From the sequence record MT446420.1: DNA of 64,000 nt; one strand, written 5' to 3'. Source of the DNA: Escherichia virus TH54. Positions 28,841-41,400 of the stretch are shown here, in pieces. The translations under genes and the position numbers were made by a program. The notes under the pieces are model-generated. The model ran no database searches. It worked only from the letters and a program-made list of their open reading frames with translations, and was not told where the DNA came from. How positions within the stretch are numbered: position 1 is the first letter of the stretch; each line of letters opens with the position of its first letter.

Positions 28841-31096
28841 TCAAAGTTTACAGGCGGAGCAGTCTTCTGCTTTAGGAGCTTCGATTTCGTAATCGTCTGT
28901 ACCGGAACCATCTCTAGTGTTATGATAATAAAGGTTTTTTCCACCAAAATACCAGAAGTACATCAAGTCGTCAAGCATAACTGACATCGGAACTTTTCCT
29001 TTCGGATAATTCTGCGGGTCATAATACGTGTTTGCTGATGCTGACTGACAAATCCATTTCAACATAATCGCGACTTGTGTCAGATAAGGTTTGTTACCTT
29101 GCTTAGCTAGCACCCATGCGTAATCGTACAATCCTTTATTGTGCTCAATATTGGGCACGACTTGATTAAAGGAACCCTCTTTTGACTCTTTAATAGAGAC
29201 TGGTCCACGCGGAGGTTCGATACCGTTTGTACTGTTAGAAACTTGGGAAGATGACTCGCAAGGCATAAGTGCTGATAATGTGCTATTACGGATGCCATGT
29301 TCAACCAGGTCTTCCCGCAACTGCGCCCAGTCACAAACGTAGTTTGGAGCTGCGATTTGGTCAATCTTTTTATTGTACCAGTCGATAGGTAATTCGCCTC
29401 GAGCCCAACGAGTGTCTGAATAATATTCGCAAGGTCCTTTTTCTTTGGCGAGCTTGATTGATGCACGGATAAGGCCATATTGTAATCTCTCGAACAGTTC
29501 ATGCGTTAAATCGTTTGCATCAGCGTAGGAAGCGAAATTGCTTGCCAGCCATGCAGCATAGTTAGTAACCCCAACACCCAGGTTGCGGCGTTTTTTGGCT
29601 TTCAGAGCTTCTTTAACCGGATAACCCTGATAGTCCAACAAGTTGTCAAGAGCACGAACTTGAACTTCAGCCAGCTCGTTAATCTTATCTTGGTCCTGCC
29701 AGTCAAAACTATCCAAAACAAATGCAGACAATGTACACAATCCGATTTCAGCGTCTTCGCTGTTCACATCAGTAGTCGGGATTGCAATTTCGCAGCAAAG
29801 GTTTGATTGACGAATCGGAGCCTTATCACGGATGAACGGAGTATAGTCATTCACGTTATCGACGAACTGCGGATAAACCCTGGCCGTACCGGAACGTTCG
29901 GTCATGAATAATTCGAATACATCTTTTGCTTTGATACGTTTCTTGCGAACTGTCGGGTCTTTTTCTAAGGCTTCATATAACTCGCGGAATTTATCCGGGT
30001 TATCAAAATATGAATAATACAATTCACCGCCAGCTTCGTGCGGGCTAAACAGAGTGATGTAATCATTCTTAGCCAGACGTTCCATCATCAGGTTATTCAG
30101 CTGGACACCATAGTCCATATGTCTGATGCGGTTTTCTTCAACGCCCTTGTTGTTCTTCAGAACGAGTAAATTTTCAACTTCCAAATGCCAAATAGGATAA
30201 TAAGCAGTAGCAGCGCCGCCACGGATTCCACCTTGTGAACAGGATTTAACAGCCGTTTGGAAATGTTTCCAGAACGGAATAACACCAGTATGCTTGACTT
30301 CACCCATACCAATTTTCGAACCTTCAGCACGAATCATGCCAACGTTGATACCGATACCTGCACGCTTACTGATATATTCGATGATTGAATTAGCAGTCTT
30401 ATTAATTGACTTCAGGGAGTCAGCCGCTTCGATAACCACGCATGAACTGAACTGCCTGGTAGGTGTTCTGGCGCCCGCCATGATAGGCGTGGGCAACGAA
30501 ACCTGTCGCGTAGATACTGCATCATAAAAACGGCAAACGTGCTTCAGACGGTCCGTTGGTTCATCCTGGTGCAGTGCCATGCCGATGGCCATGATAGCGA
30601 ACTGCGGAGTCTCGTAGATTTTACCAGTGGTTTTATCTTTAACCAGGTATTTCTCTTTAAGCTGCATCGCGCCTGCATAAGTCAGGTCAAAATCGCGTTC
30701 GTGCTTAATACGAGATTCCAGATAAGTAATCTCTTCAGCCGAGTAGCTTGACAACAGCTCCGGGTCATATTTGCCTTCATTAACACAATAAGAAATCTGG
30801 TCAATAAAAGAACGTGGCTCAAACTGGCCATAAACATCTTTACGCAGAGCAAACATCGTAGCCTTCGCTGCAACGTATTGGTAATCTGGTTCTTCAACCG
30901 AGATAAGCCCAGCAGACACTTTGATGATAACCGTCTGAATATCGCGAGTAGTCATACCATCGCGCAGGTGTGGTTTGATTGTTTCGTATAATTCATACGG
31001 GTCGATATTGGTTCCTTCACATGACCAGGAAAGAACTTTAATAATTTTCTGGCCATCAAAATCTTGAGATACGCCACTACTTTTTTGTACTTGCAT
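28841..31096 (-). CDS. nrdA: ribonucleotide reductase large subunit (class Ia, alpha)
   Basis: Track ORF 28841-31234; ATG 31096 (MQVQKSSG...) with GAGGAAAAC SD gives 751 aa (T4 NrdA 754); C-terminal CSACKL-like tail. Confidence 0.93.
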   Translation of the reverse strand: MQVQKSSGVSQDFDGQKIIKVLSWSCEGTNIDPYELYETIKPHLRDGMTTRDIQTVIIKVSAGLISVEEPDYQYVAAKATMFALRKDVYGQFEPRSFIDQISYCVNEGKYDPELLSSYSAEEITYLESRIKHERDFDLTYAGAMQLKEKYLVKDKTTGKIYETPQFAIMAIGMALHQDEPTDRLKHVCRFYDAVSTRQVSLPTPIMAGARTPTRQFSSCVVIEAADSLKSINKTANSIIEYISKRAGIGINVGMIRAEGSKIGMGEVKHTGVIPFWKHFQTAVKSCSQGGIRGGAATAYYPIWHLEVENLLVLKNNKGVEENRIRHMDYGVQLNNLMMERLAKNDYITLFSPHEAGGELYYSYFDNPDKFRELYEALEKDPTVRKKRIKAKDVFELFMTERSGTARVYPQFVDNVNDYTPFIRDKAPIRQSNLCCEIAIPTTDVNSEDAEIGLCTLSAFVLDSFDWQDQDKINELAEVQVRALDNLLDYQGYPVKEALKAKKRRNLGVGVTNYAAWLASNFASYADANDLTHELFERLQYGLIRASIKLAKEKGPCEYYSDTRWARGELPIDWYNKKIDQIAAPNYVCDWAQLREDLVEHGIRNSTLSALMPCESSSQVSNSTNGIEPPRGPVSIKESKEGSFNQVVPNIEHNKGLYDYAWVLAKQGNKPYLTQVAIMLKWICQSASANTYYDPQNYPKGKVPMSVMLDDLMYFWYFGGKNLYYHNTRDGSGTDDYEIEAPKAEDCSACKL

Positions 31097-31116
31097 GTTT
31101 TCCTCTGTTATAAAAT

Positions 31117-31144
31117 GGGTCATGCTTATAATAACACATGACCC
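31117..31144 (-). promoter_or_regulatory. perfect 8-bp stem-loop in the nrdA leader
   Basis: GGGTCATG-N12-CATGACCC between the upstream ORF stop and the nrdA SD. Confidence 0.4.
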
Positions 31145-31160
31145 TGAAGCGGAATCGTAT

Positions 31161-31460
31161 TTATGCGCCCAAATCCTCGAGCGAAAAGGTGTCTTTGAAA
31201 AGTTTGTTAACGACCAGAGCGATGATATCCCCATGACATGCTTTTGGTTTGCATGTACAAGCTAATCGCATTCCACGAAGGGTTTCAAGGTGTTCTCTTT
31301 TGATTTCACCCGATTTAATCTTTGCTATGAAATATTCTTTAAAGTTCTTTATGTTTTCTTCTCGGGTACCATCTTTATATGGGTTTCCCCACATGGTACC
31401 CCGTTGAATATTCACATCAAAGTCGGATTGATATTTGTTAACAACCCGACAGGCTTTCAT
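31161..31460 (-). CDS. hypothetical protein with WGNPY and CHGD motifs (nrdA.1 position)
   Basis: 99 aa; motifs RGTMWGNPY and CTCKPKACHGD. Confidence 0.55.
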   Translation of the reverse strand: MKACRVVNKYQSDFDVNIQRGTMWGNPYKDGTREENIKNFKEYFIAKIKSGEIKREHLETLRGMRLACTCKPKACHGDIIALVVNKLFKDTFSLEDLGA

Positions 31461-31521
31461 AGTAGGAAGTTAAGCCCGACCATTACGACCAAAAATATAA
31501 CACCGGCAATTTGAATTTTCA

Positions 31522-33183
<1,662 letters not shown>

Positions 33184-33187
<4 letters not shown>

Positions 33188-33525
33188 TTTAATTCCTTAA
33201 CTGTCTTTTTAATGGCAGTAAAATCTTTACGAATATCGAGAACCAATTTGTAAAGATGTTTAATTGTATCTGTATCAAAATATGATACAGCGCAACGTGA
33301 TTGGCGAATATCTTCTAATGAATATTTGCTTTCACTTGTACCATATCCAATGATACCACTAATGCACTTGTCATTAAGCGTATATTTCTGTGGACCATCA
33401 ATATTATTTTTAGGATAGATGTAAAGGCTCCAATCAAATTTTTGTTCAAGCGTATTAACCTTAACTTCAAGAATCAGTTCAGGATGTGCATCATCTTTAG
33501 CAAAACAAGTGTATTCAGTAAGCAT
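33184..33525 (-). CDS. hypothetical protein
   Basis: 113 aa ORF. Confidence 0.55.
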
Positions 33526-33708
33526 TATATTTTCCTCAAATATTTTTTAACCATGTAATATTGAAATTCAAACATTCTGGAATCAATTACCCAAATCTGA
33601 CGTCTAGAACACTCATTCAAACGCACCGCAGAACATCCAGAGGAAAGGAATGAATACTGTTCCTTTTCTGTATCAGAAAGGCATGTTCTTAAAAAGCGGA
33701 AAAATAAA

Positions 33709-33957
33709 TCATGCATTTTTATTTGCCTTAGCAACTTTCCAGTCAGCTTTAAATTGGTCAACGTCAGAGTGATGAATCCAGAAACCAGATGAGCTGCCAT
33801 CTTCATAAAGAGGACAACCATCGCACTCATCTTTCCAACCCATCGCGCATAAAGTTTCTTCGGCTTTTTCCAGAGCTTCTGGATTGTTACCCTGGATTGT
33901 AAAGTACCATTTGCCTTTAACTTCTGAATCTTTGATGCTCTCACGTTGTAATTTCAT
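33709..33957 (-). CDS. hypothetical Cys-containing small protein
   Basis: 82 aa; GGAGAATAAA SD and conserved leader repeat upstream; CAMGWKDECDGCP motif. Confidence 0.55.
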   Translation of the reverse strand: MKLQRESIKDSEVKGKWYFTIQGNNPEALEKAEETLCAMGWKDECDGCPLYEDGSSSGFWIHHSDVDQFKADWKVAKANKNA

Positions 33958-33976
33958 TTTATTCTCCAGTTATTTG

Positions 33977-34000
33977 GTAACTCAGTATGGGACCATTATG
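33977..34000 (-). repeat. conserved promoter-leader element, copy 2 of 4
   Basis: GTAACTCAGTATGGGACCATTAT, one mismatch versus the other copies. Confidence 0.6.
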
Positions 34001-34030
34001 TCATAGCCCCATTTGATTGTACACTACTTT

Positions 34031-34402
34031 TTACTGAATATCAAAAGTTGCTTTAATCAGTGCAATGACTTCCGCCGCATTTTTATGATTTACCTGCACA
34101 TAAATGGTTTGGGTATCAACAGCAGGAGCATCGCCATCAACTTCCAGGAAGTGGCAGAATTCCCATTCACCAAGTTCAAAGTACTCATCATCATCACCCA
34201 TACTATTCAGGATGGTGCCATCTTTCATTTTAACTTTTTCAACAAAATAATCACCTTCAATATAACACATATCCAGGACTTTGAAGGAATTGCCATGTTG
34301 TTCCATCAACTTGGCTATGCACGAATTATCATCAGGACTACCAGCGATGAATTGTTTTTTAGCAGCAGGGTCTAATACGTAAAATTTACCAGTTTCCATC
34401 AT
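34031..34402 (-). CDS. hypothetical acidic protein, GKFY...AKKQFIAG family
   Basis: 123 aa; paralogous to 34749-35111 (shared GDDDEYFEL...EF block) and N-terminally to 21183-21725. Confidence 0.55.
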   Translation of the reverse strand: MMETGKFYVLDPAAKKQFIAGSPDDNSCIAKLMEQHGNSFKVLDMCYIEGDYFVEKVKMKDGTILNSMGDDDEYFELGEWEFCHFLEVDGDAPAVDTQTIYVQVNHKNAAEVIALIKATFDIQ

Positions 34403-34458
34403 TTTAATTTCCTCATTTCAGTTGGGAACATATTAGCATTTTCCCGTTGGTTTGTATA

Positions 34459-34686
34459 CTAAGCTTCAATCAAATTCATATAAAATTCAGCGTCTTCCGG
34501 GTGCATCCCTTCGCAATATTCATTTTGCATAAAGCGGGTAAGGTCTTCAAGAGGACCTTGAACTTCAATTTGAATACTAAAGAATTGGGTATCTTTAATG
34601 TAAGTCATACACAAAGAAGGATACCGATTACGAATAACTTCGTAAGTGTATTCAAAATCAACGATATCAATATTAACTTTAGCCAT
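34459..34686 (-). CDS. hypothetical protein
   Basis: 75 aa ORF with early promoter upstream. Confidence 0.55.
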   Translation of the reverse strand: MAKVNIDIVDFEYTYEVIRNRYPSLCMTYIKDTQFFSIQIEVQGPLEDLTRFMQNEYCEGMHPEDAEFYMNLIEA

Positions 34687-34710
34687 TTTATTTTCCTCAT
34701 GTAGTTGATA

Positions 34711-34746
34711 GGTCTATAATAACATAATCATAGACCCGTTGTAAAC
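34711..34746 (-). promoter_or_regulatory. early promoter with the -10 inside a 7-bp inverted repeat (PeSL-like)
   Basis: Minus strand GTTTAC-N17-TATTAT; GGTCTAT...ATAGACC flanks the -10. Confidence 0.5.
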
Positions 34747-34748
34747 TG

Positions 34749-35111
34749 CTATTTGAAAGCTTTTTGTAGAAGTTCAATGATTTGGTCGACGTTATTAGCA
34801 TCCACAACACAATTAATAGAAACCGCCCCCGAAGGTGTTTTTGCATAATTGGAGTATTCACGGAAGCAATAAAACTCTTCTTCACTAAGTTCAAAATAAT
34901 CATCACCCATGCCATCATCATTATAGATTGCACCATTAGCACAAATGATTTCGGTTACATAATCATAGCCGTCTGCACTTGATATTGATTTAACTTCAAA
35001 CCAACCGCCATTTTCTTGGATGATGTCGACCATACTAGCATTCGATGAACTAATATCAATGAAAGATTTAATACGATGTGGATTGAACTCATATTTTTTG
35101 CCGATTTCCAT
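34749..35111 (-). CDS. hypothetical acidic protein, paralogue of 34031-34402
   Basis: 120 aa; shared GMGDDYFELSEEEFYCF-type block. Confidence 0.55.
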   Translation of the reverse strand: MEIGKKYEFNPHRIKSFIDISSSNASMVDIIQENGGWFEVKSISSADGYDYVTEIICANGAIYNDDGMGDDYFELSEEEFYCFREYSNYAKTPSGAVSINCVVDANNVDQIIELLQKAFK

Positions 35112-35195
35112 TTTTATTTCCTCAGTTGTTATCAGTAGTTGATGGAATCATTATGCCTTAGCTCAAAGGACTTGTACACTACTTTTTGAAAATAA

Positions 35196-35220
35196 AAAAG
35201 GGACCCGAAGGTCCCCTATA
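35196..35220 (-). terminator. hairpin terminator after gene 32 (GGGACC-CGAA-GGTCCC)
   Basis: Perfect stem with CGAA loop followed by T-run on the minus strand immediately after the gene 32 stop. Confidence 0.7.
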
Positions 35221-36132
35221 TTAAAGGCCAGCCAGCAGGTCGTCGAGACCATCATCGGAAGGCTCTGGAGTGCTTGGAGCAGTCGCAGTGCGTTCAGACT
35301 TAGCAGGTTTGCTGGAAGCGAAATCTTCCATATCTTTATCAAAATCGTCCAGGTCAGCGCCCAGTTTATCAGCTTGTGCAGCAGCTTTAGAAGCAGCACC
35401 GCCGAGAGCAGCTGTACCCATTACTTTAGAGAATTTCTTCTGATTCTCTTCAAGGGATTTAAATACCAGCAATTCATTCAGGTCAGACATTTCGTCCCAA
35501 AGTTTTTTCTGGAATGCTTCATCATTGATACCAGCGATTTCAGACTGGTTCATGAATTTGGAATCATCGTAGTTTTTATAACCGGAAACCAGTTTAGATT
35601 TCAGTACAAAGTTTGCACCTTCAAAAGGACAAGTTACATCAATAGCTGTTTCGCCCATATCAACATCGACTTCAACCATCTGGTTGATTTTGTCCATGAT
35701 TTTCTTGCCGAAGCGATATTTGAATACTTGACCTTCGTTAGACGGAACAGCAGGGTCTTTAATGACCAGGATGTTAGCCCAGTAAGAAGTATTACGCTTC
35801 AGTTTACGATATTCGGATTCGTTTGTGTTGTACAGGTCATTCTTATTCATGTACGCACACACAGGGCAGTTTTCATAATCGCCGTGGGTAGAAGTACAGT
35901 TTTCAATATACCATTGACCGCCATTTTTAAAGCCGTGGTTAACGAGCTTGATGAACGGAGATGGATTTTCTTCATTCTTGGAAGGCAGGAAACGAATAAC
36001 CGCAGAACCGACGCCATCAGTATCTTTCAGTTTCCATTCTTTTTTATCGTCAGAAGAGAAACCAGAACCACCTTTCAGAGCGTTAAGGGAAGCAGCCAGG
36101 TCAGCAGGGTTTTTACGTTTAAACATAGACAT
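35221..36132 (-). CDS. 32: single-stranded DNA-binding protein gp32
   Basis: 303 aa; matches T4 gp32 throughout ([19 protein letters not shown], zinc-binding region, acidic C-terminal tail). Confidence 0.93.
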   Translation of the reverse strand: MSMFKRKNPADLAASLNALKGGSGFSSDDKKEWKLKDTDGVGSAVIRFLPSKNEENPSPFIKLVNHGFKNGGQWYIENCTSTHGDYENCPVCAYMNKNDLYNTNESEYRKLKRNTSYWANILVIKDPAVPSNEGQVFKYRFGKKIMDKINQMVEVDVDMGETAIDVTCPFEGANFVLKSKLVSGYKNYDDSKFMNQSEIAGINDEAFQKKLWDEMSDLNELLVFKSLEENQKKFSKVMGTAALGGAASKAAAQADKLGADLDDFDKDMEDFASSKPAKSERTATAPSTPEPSDDGLDDLLAGL

Positions 36133-36192
36133 ATGATTTTCCTTAGATTATTTGATTTTTAGCAGTTGTTTTGATTACGTATTAATTATACT

Positions 36193-36861
36193 TCAAAGTG
36201 CTTGAAGCGTTATTTGACAGTTTTTAACGGTCTCGATGAACAATTTACGAGCTTCAAGAGAATCGATATTTAAGATTTTCTTATAGGCATTTAGTTTGGT
36301 TGAATACTTTTCCCAAACCAAGTCGTTAGTCTGTTCATCATGTTTATTTATAATATCTAAAAATGAATCAAGCAAACAAAACGTTTCAAATGAGATAACA
36401 TTCGATTGGAGAAGTTTGAAAATATAACTTGTGTTTACTTTAGTATTATACTCGAAAATCTCTTGAAGCGATTTGACTTCGACTTTCTTACTGAAGTAAT
36501 AGATATTCTTTATATCATCTTCGTATACTTGTTTAATTCTTTTAAGTCTGCCAATGTATTCACGATAAAATATCAGAGCATCGGCATCGCTTATATCACC
36601 TATCCATGCATCCTGGTTCGCGACCAGGTTTGACATGAATATTAACGTTAATTCTTTGAGAGTGTACTTATCGCTAAGCTTTTCGAAAAAATACTTATCG
36701 CGACGTTTTTGATAAGCACTATCGGAGATTCGCATGGTCCAGTTATATTTGATAATATCATAACGACCCGAAAAATGCTGTTTGATGGATAAGTACAGTT
36801 GGTATACTGATTTACCATTTATATATCGGTTGTTATTTGGAGGCATGCGAATCGTAATCAT
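36193..36861 (-). CDS. 59: helicase loader gp59
   Basis: 222 aa; near-colinear with T4 gp59 (YQKRRDKYFF, LVANQDAWIGDISDADAL). Confidence 0.9.
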   Translation of the reverse strand: MITIRMPPNNNRYINGKSVYQLYLSIKQHFSGRYDIIKYNWTMRISDSAYQKRRDKYFFEKLSDKYTLKELTLIFMSNLVANQDAWIGDISDADALIFYREYIGRLKRIKQVYEDDIKNIYYFSKKVEVKSLQEIFEYNTKVNTSYIFKLLQSNVISFETFCLLDSFLDIINKHDEQTNDLVWEKYSTKLNAYKKILNIDSLEARKLFIETVKNCQITLQAL

Positions 36862-37178
36862 AACAAAAAGTCCAGCGTATTAGTTTTCTGTGTACGAGAC
36901 ATACTCGGACGAAGCAGGTTATCATCATAGGCTTCGTTCATAATCTTATCAATGATTCCCGCAGGAATGTATCGCGCAAAATTACCTTCAGGAATTCCAC
37001 GTTCTTCCAACCAGGCAGTCGCAGCTTCCAGATAAGACATTTCAGTTGACTCAACCATGGCTTCAATATCAAGCCCGTTTTGCTGCTTACTAATCGCCCC
37101 GGAAGGCGATTCAGTTTTCTGTGTATCGAAATTAACTAAAGAGGACATCATAGAGCTCCACAGCTTCGGTTTTTTCAT
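36858..37178 (-). CDS. 33: late-transcription accessory protein gp33 (start uncertain)
   Basis: Track ORF 36858-37244 overlaps dsbA; C-terminal YLEAATAWLEERGIPE...TLDFLL fits gp33; size about 100-106 aa. Confidence 0.6.
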   Translation of the reverse strand: MKKPKLWSSMMSSLVNFDTQKTESPSGAISKQQNGLDIEAMVESTEMSYLEAATAWLEERGIPEGNFARYIPAGIIDKIMNEAYDDNLLRPSMSRTQKTNTLDFLL

Positions 37179-37401
37179 CTTCAAAACGTTCACGAGTGCC
37201 TTTATGATACAGGCCGAGCTGTGTATTGAACATCTTACCGTCAACGCCTAATTCAGTTTTTGCCTTATCTTTAAGGTCTTTAATTTCGTCTGCATATGCT
37301 TCCATTTTTAATTTGGTATCGGAAGCAGCTTTAATCAGCTTGGCCAGTTCAGCGCCATGAGTATCAGGACAAAATTCAACTTTCACTTTTTTCTCTTTCA
37401 T
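37132..37401 (-). CDS. dsbA: dsDNA-binding protein DsbA
   Basis: 89 aa, same length and position as T4 DsbA. Confidence 0.7.
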   Translation of the reverse strand: MKEKKVKVEFCPDTHGAELAKLIKAASDTKLKMEAYADEIKDLKDKAKTELGVDGKMFNTQLGLYHKGTRERFEDEKTEAVELYDVLFS

Positions 37402-37409
37402 AATATACC

Positions 37410-38354
37410 TTAATAAAATTCAGCAATATTTGCAGTTAGTTTAGACAGACCAGACTTAACAAAGTAAGGATAAACTTTACTTTTGGCTGGGATAACGTAA
37501 TTATTATATCGTTCTAAGATTGAAGCGGATATTTCCGTTGGAATAAAGTCCATATCAATCAACAATTGGTTTTCACAGAATCTATTATATTGCTCTTCTG
37601 TTAAAAGCGTTTTCAAAACGTCATGGTCGTAATAGTTGAGTGCAATTTGTTCAAGCTCACCTGCGCGGGTCGGCGGAGTACGTTCACCTTCTTCATGAGT
37701 GTAATAAAAATCACCGCGAACTTTGATGCTCGACACGTTATCTTTTTTGTCGCCTTTGACAACCTTGGTCACGCAATCCATAAGAGCATCACCTGATTTA
37801 GTTTTGACATATTTTTTCTGCATCGGTGACCATTGTTTCACCCCAGGGAATTTATGCAGCTGGGTAAAGTCACCATCCGAAGAAACAATCATAACCGGAT
37901 GCCCGAGACTGGTGAGCAACTTCGTTAATACTGCAATATGGTCGTCGGCCTCAATTTTATCCATATTCATCACGATGTAAGGCATGTGTTTTTCCATTTC
38001 ATCAATGATGATGTGCATGGCAGCATGTAGGCCTTCCCAATCAAATTGTGACTCTTCACGGGCTTTTGCACGGTTTTTCTTATAATAATAAGATTTCGTG
38101 CGGCGCCAATAACCATTTTTCGAATTATCAACACAAATAATTGGGACTGTATAACCAAGCTTTTTAAACTGTACAATGTTTTTTCTGATAGAGTTCAGAA
38201 CCAGATGTCTGGTCATTGCGGTTGTCACCTTAGGGAAGCCTGCGTCTTTACCGAATTCCTGGAAGGCTGCTGCCATGATAAGCTGGCTAAAATCGAGTAA
38301 GAGAAAACCATCTTTTTGACGGTCTTCTTCAGGGAGTAAAAAATCTAAATTCAT
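37410..38354 (-). CDS. rnh: RNase H (5'-3' exonuclease, FEN-1 family)
   Basis: 314 aa; matches T4 RNase H blocks (GYWRR, YYKKNR.KAREES, SSDGDFTQLHK). Confidence 0.9.
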   Translation of the reverse strand: MNLDFLLPEEDRQKDGFLLLDFSQLIMAAAFQEFGKDAGFPKVTTAMTRHLVLNSIRKNIVQFKKLGYTVPIICVDNSKNGYWRRTKSYYYKKNRAKAREESQFDWEGLHAAMHIIIDEMEKHMPYIVMNMDKIEADDHIAVLTKLLTSLGHPVMIVSSDGDFTQLHKFPGVKQWSPMQKKYVKTKSGDALMDCVTKVVKGDKKDNVSSIKVRGDFYYTHEEGERTPPTRAGELEQIALNYYDHDVLKTLLTEEQYNRFCENQLLIDMDFIPTEISASILERYNNYVIPAKSKVYPYFVKSGLSKLTANIAEFY

Positions 38355-38411
38355 ATGAACCTCTGTTCAATTAGTTGACTCGATTATATTAGCATAAAAT
38401 TTTTAAAGCAA

Positions 38412-38419
38412 TATAAATA
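38412..38419 (+). promoter_or_regulatory. late promoter TATAAATA for gene 34
   Basis: Exact TATAAATA about 31 nt upstream of the gene 34 ATG. Confidence 0.6.
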
Positions 38420-38449
38420 CACGTATACCAATCAATAAGGATAAAGCAC

Positions 38450-41400
38450 ATGGCCGATATTTTAAAACCAGCATTCAGAGCAACATCCGGTCTCGATGCT
38501 GCTGGTGAGAAAGTCATTAATGTCGCGAAAGCTGATTTCTCAGTTTTGTCAGACGGCGTAAACGTAGACTTCTTTATAGAAGAAAACACAATTCAACAAT
38601 ATGATGCAACACGCGGATATAAGAAAGATTTTGCAGTTATCTATGATAACCGTATTTGGGTTTCCCAACGTGAAATCGCAGAACCAGCTGGCCCGTTTGT
38701 TCAGCAATATTGGACCGCAACCCGTACTGACCCGAAATGGGAAACTGTTGCATCACCAACTCGTCAGCTTCGCTCCGGTGAATTTATCGCCGTCGACTCA
38801 GCTGCAAGCTTTACCACATTTACATTGCCTCCGAACCCGACTGATGGTGATACCATCGTTATTAAAGATATCGGCGGTAATACCGGTTATAATGAAATTA
38901 AAGTTCAATCGAGTAATGTGCCTGGTCAAGGTAACCAAAAGATTGTCCGTTTCGGTAACCAATTTACTGAAGTATTAATCAGTAAGCCGTTCTCTTATAA
39001 TATGCTTATTTTCTCCAACCGCTTATGGCAGTTCTGGGAAGCAGGTAACGAAGAACGCGGAATAAGAATTGAACCAAGCTCTGGTAAATATCGAACTCAA
39101 GCATCAGATTTTATTATGCGTCATTATACGACTGCAGAAAAAATTACATTTGTTCTTCCTAAGTATGCTAACCAAGGCGATATTGTCAAATCAGTGGATA
39201 TAGATGGATTAGGGCCATTATACCACCTGGATGTTGAAACGTTTGACGAGTCAAGCTCTCTGGGTAAACAGGGCCAGCACAGTATGGAATTCCGTACTAC
39301 TGGTGATGGTTTCTTCGTTTATAATGCCACCGAAAAGCTGTGGGTACCCTGGGACGGTGATAATAAAACTCGCTTGCGCGTAATTCGTGACAGTGTGAAA
39401 TTGCTGCCAAATGAAAGTATCATCGTGTTTGGTAATGATAACAGCACTTCACAGACAATTAACATCGACCTTCCGACGGGTGTTCGTTCTGGGGACGTAG
39501 TTAAGATTGCTCTGAACTATCTTCGCAAGGCACAGACTGTTAATATTAAAGCTTCGGCTACTGATAAAATCGCATCTTCTGTTCAGCTGCTTCAGTTCCC
39601 GAAACGTTCGGAATACCCACCGGATACTGAATGGGTGCTGGTTGACTCTTTGACTTTCAACGGTAACATAAGTTATACTCCGGTTATCGAATTAAGTTAT
39701 CTTGAAGATACAGTTAATAACGTTAACTACTGGGTTGTTGCTCAGAACGTTCCGACTGTTGAACGTGTTGACTCGAAAGATGATTTGACTCGTGCTCGTT
39801 TAGGTGTTATTGCACTGGCTAACCAGGCTCAGGCCAACGTTGACCATGAAAATAACCCTGAAAAAGAATTAGCGATTACCCCACAGACTTTAGCTAACCG
39901 TGTGGCCACTGAATCACGTCGTGGTATTGCGCGAATTGCTAACACCGCCCAGGTGAATCAGGATACGACTTTTGCTTTCCAGGACGACATCATCGTCTCT
40001 CCGAAAAAGTTAAACGAACGTACAGCCACAGAAACAAGACGTGGGCTTGCAGAAATCGCCACACAGCAAGAAACTGATGCAGGCACAGATGATACTACCA
40101 TCATCACTCCGCGTAAGCTACAAGCTCGTCAGGGCTCAGAAAGCCTATCTGGTATCGTTAAGTATGTTTCTACTACCGGGACTACTCCAGCGGCAAGCCG
40201 TATAACTGTTGGTACCAACGTTTATAACAAAAATACAACTACTTTGGTAATTTCTCCTAAAGCTTTGGACCAATATAAAGCTGACCAAAACAACCAAGGC
40301 GCTGTATATCTGGCCACACAGGCAGAAGTTAATGCGGGGGCAACAAATACAGGATTCAGTAACTCGGTCGTGACTCCGGAAACATTAGGTGCACGTAGGG
40401 CAACAGATGCAAACCATGGTTTAATCGAGATTGCAACTCAAGCAGAAGTTAATACAGGAACTGATTATACCAGAGCTGTAACTCCTAAAACGTTAAATGA
40501 CCGTAAAGCAACAGAATCATTATCCGGCATAGCCGAGATTGCTACGCAATCAGAATTTGATACTGGTACAGATGATACTCGTATCGCAACGCCATTAAAA
40601 ATTAAAACTAGACTGAATGATACTGCTCGTACTTCTGTTATTGCAGCAAGTGGTTTAGTAGAAACAGGGACGCTCTGGGACCATTATACGCTGAATATTC
40701 TTGAAGCAAATGAGACTCAACGTGGCACTGCAAGACTGGCTACTCAACTTGAAGTTAATACCGGTACTGACGATAAAACAATCGTTACTCCGCTTAAGTT
40801 GATGTCGAAAAAAGCTACAGAAGGCACCGAAGGTATTGTTCGCATCGCTACTCGCGCAGAAACTATCGCAGGGACAAGTTCAGTTCTGGCTGTTTCTCCT
40901 GTTAGTCTGAAATGGATTGCACAGTCCGAACCAACATGGGCGGCAACCACAACGACACGCGGCTTTGCTAAAATGTCTGAAGGCGCAATTACTTTTGTTG
41001 GTAATGCAACCGCAGGTTCGACCCAGGCTCTTGACCTGTACGAGAAAAATAGTTATGCTATCTCTCCGTATGAGTTAAACAAAACCCTTGGTAATTTCCT
41101 GCCACGTCTGGCTAAAGCAGCAGACTCGGATAAACTGGATAACCTGGATAGCACGCAGTTTATTCGTCGTGATATTGACCAAACTGTTTCTGGTTCATTA
41201 ACCTTACAGAAAAACCTTAGAGTTGAAGGTGATTTTGCTTGTGTTAAAACCGGTGAATTTGGTGGTTCATTGGCTGCTAACTCCACATTTACTCTACGTA
41301 ATACAGGAACTCCGACCCGTATCGTTTTCGAAAAAGGTCCTGCATCAGGTGCAAACCCGGTTCAGTCAATGAGCATCCGTGTATGGGGCAACCAGTATGG

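Noticed and set aside
33525-33944. 139-aa track ORF as a single gene
   Set aside because: Its 5' two-thirds overlap, in another frame, the better-supported 82-aa gene (33709-33957); only the 3' 63 codons are considered a candidate gene
35374-36162. 262-aa plus-strand ORF from the track
   Set aside because: Antisense to gene 32 (SSB), which is confidently identified; Phe/Ile-rich shadow translation
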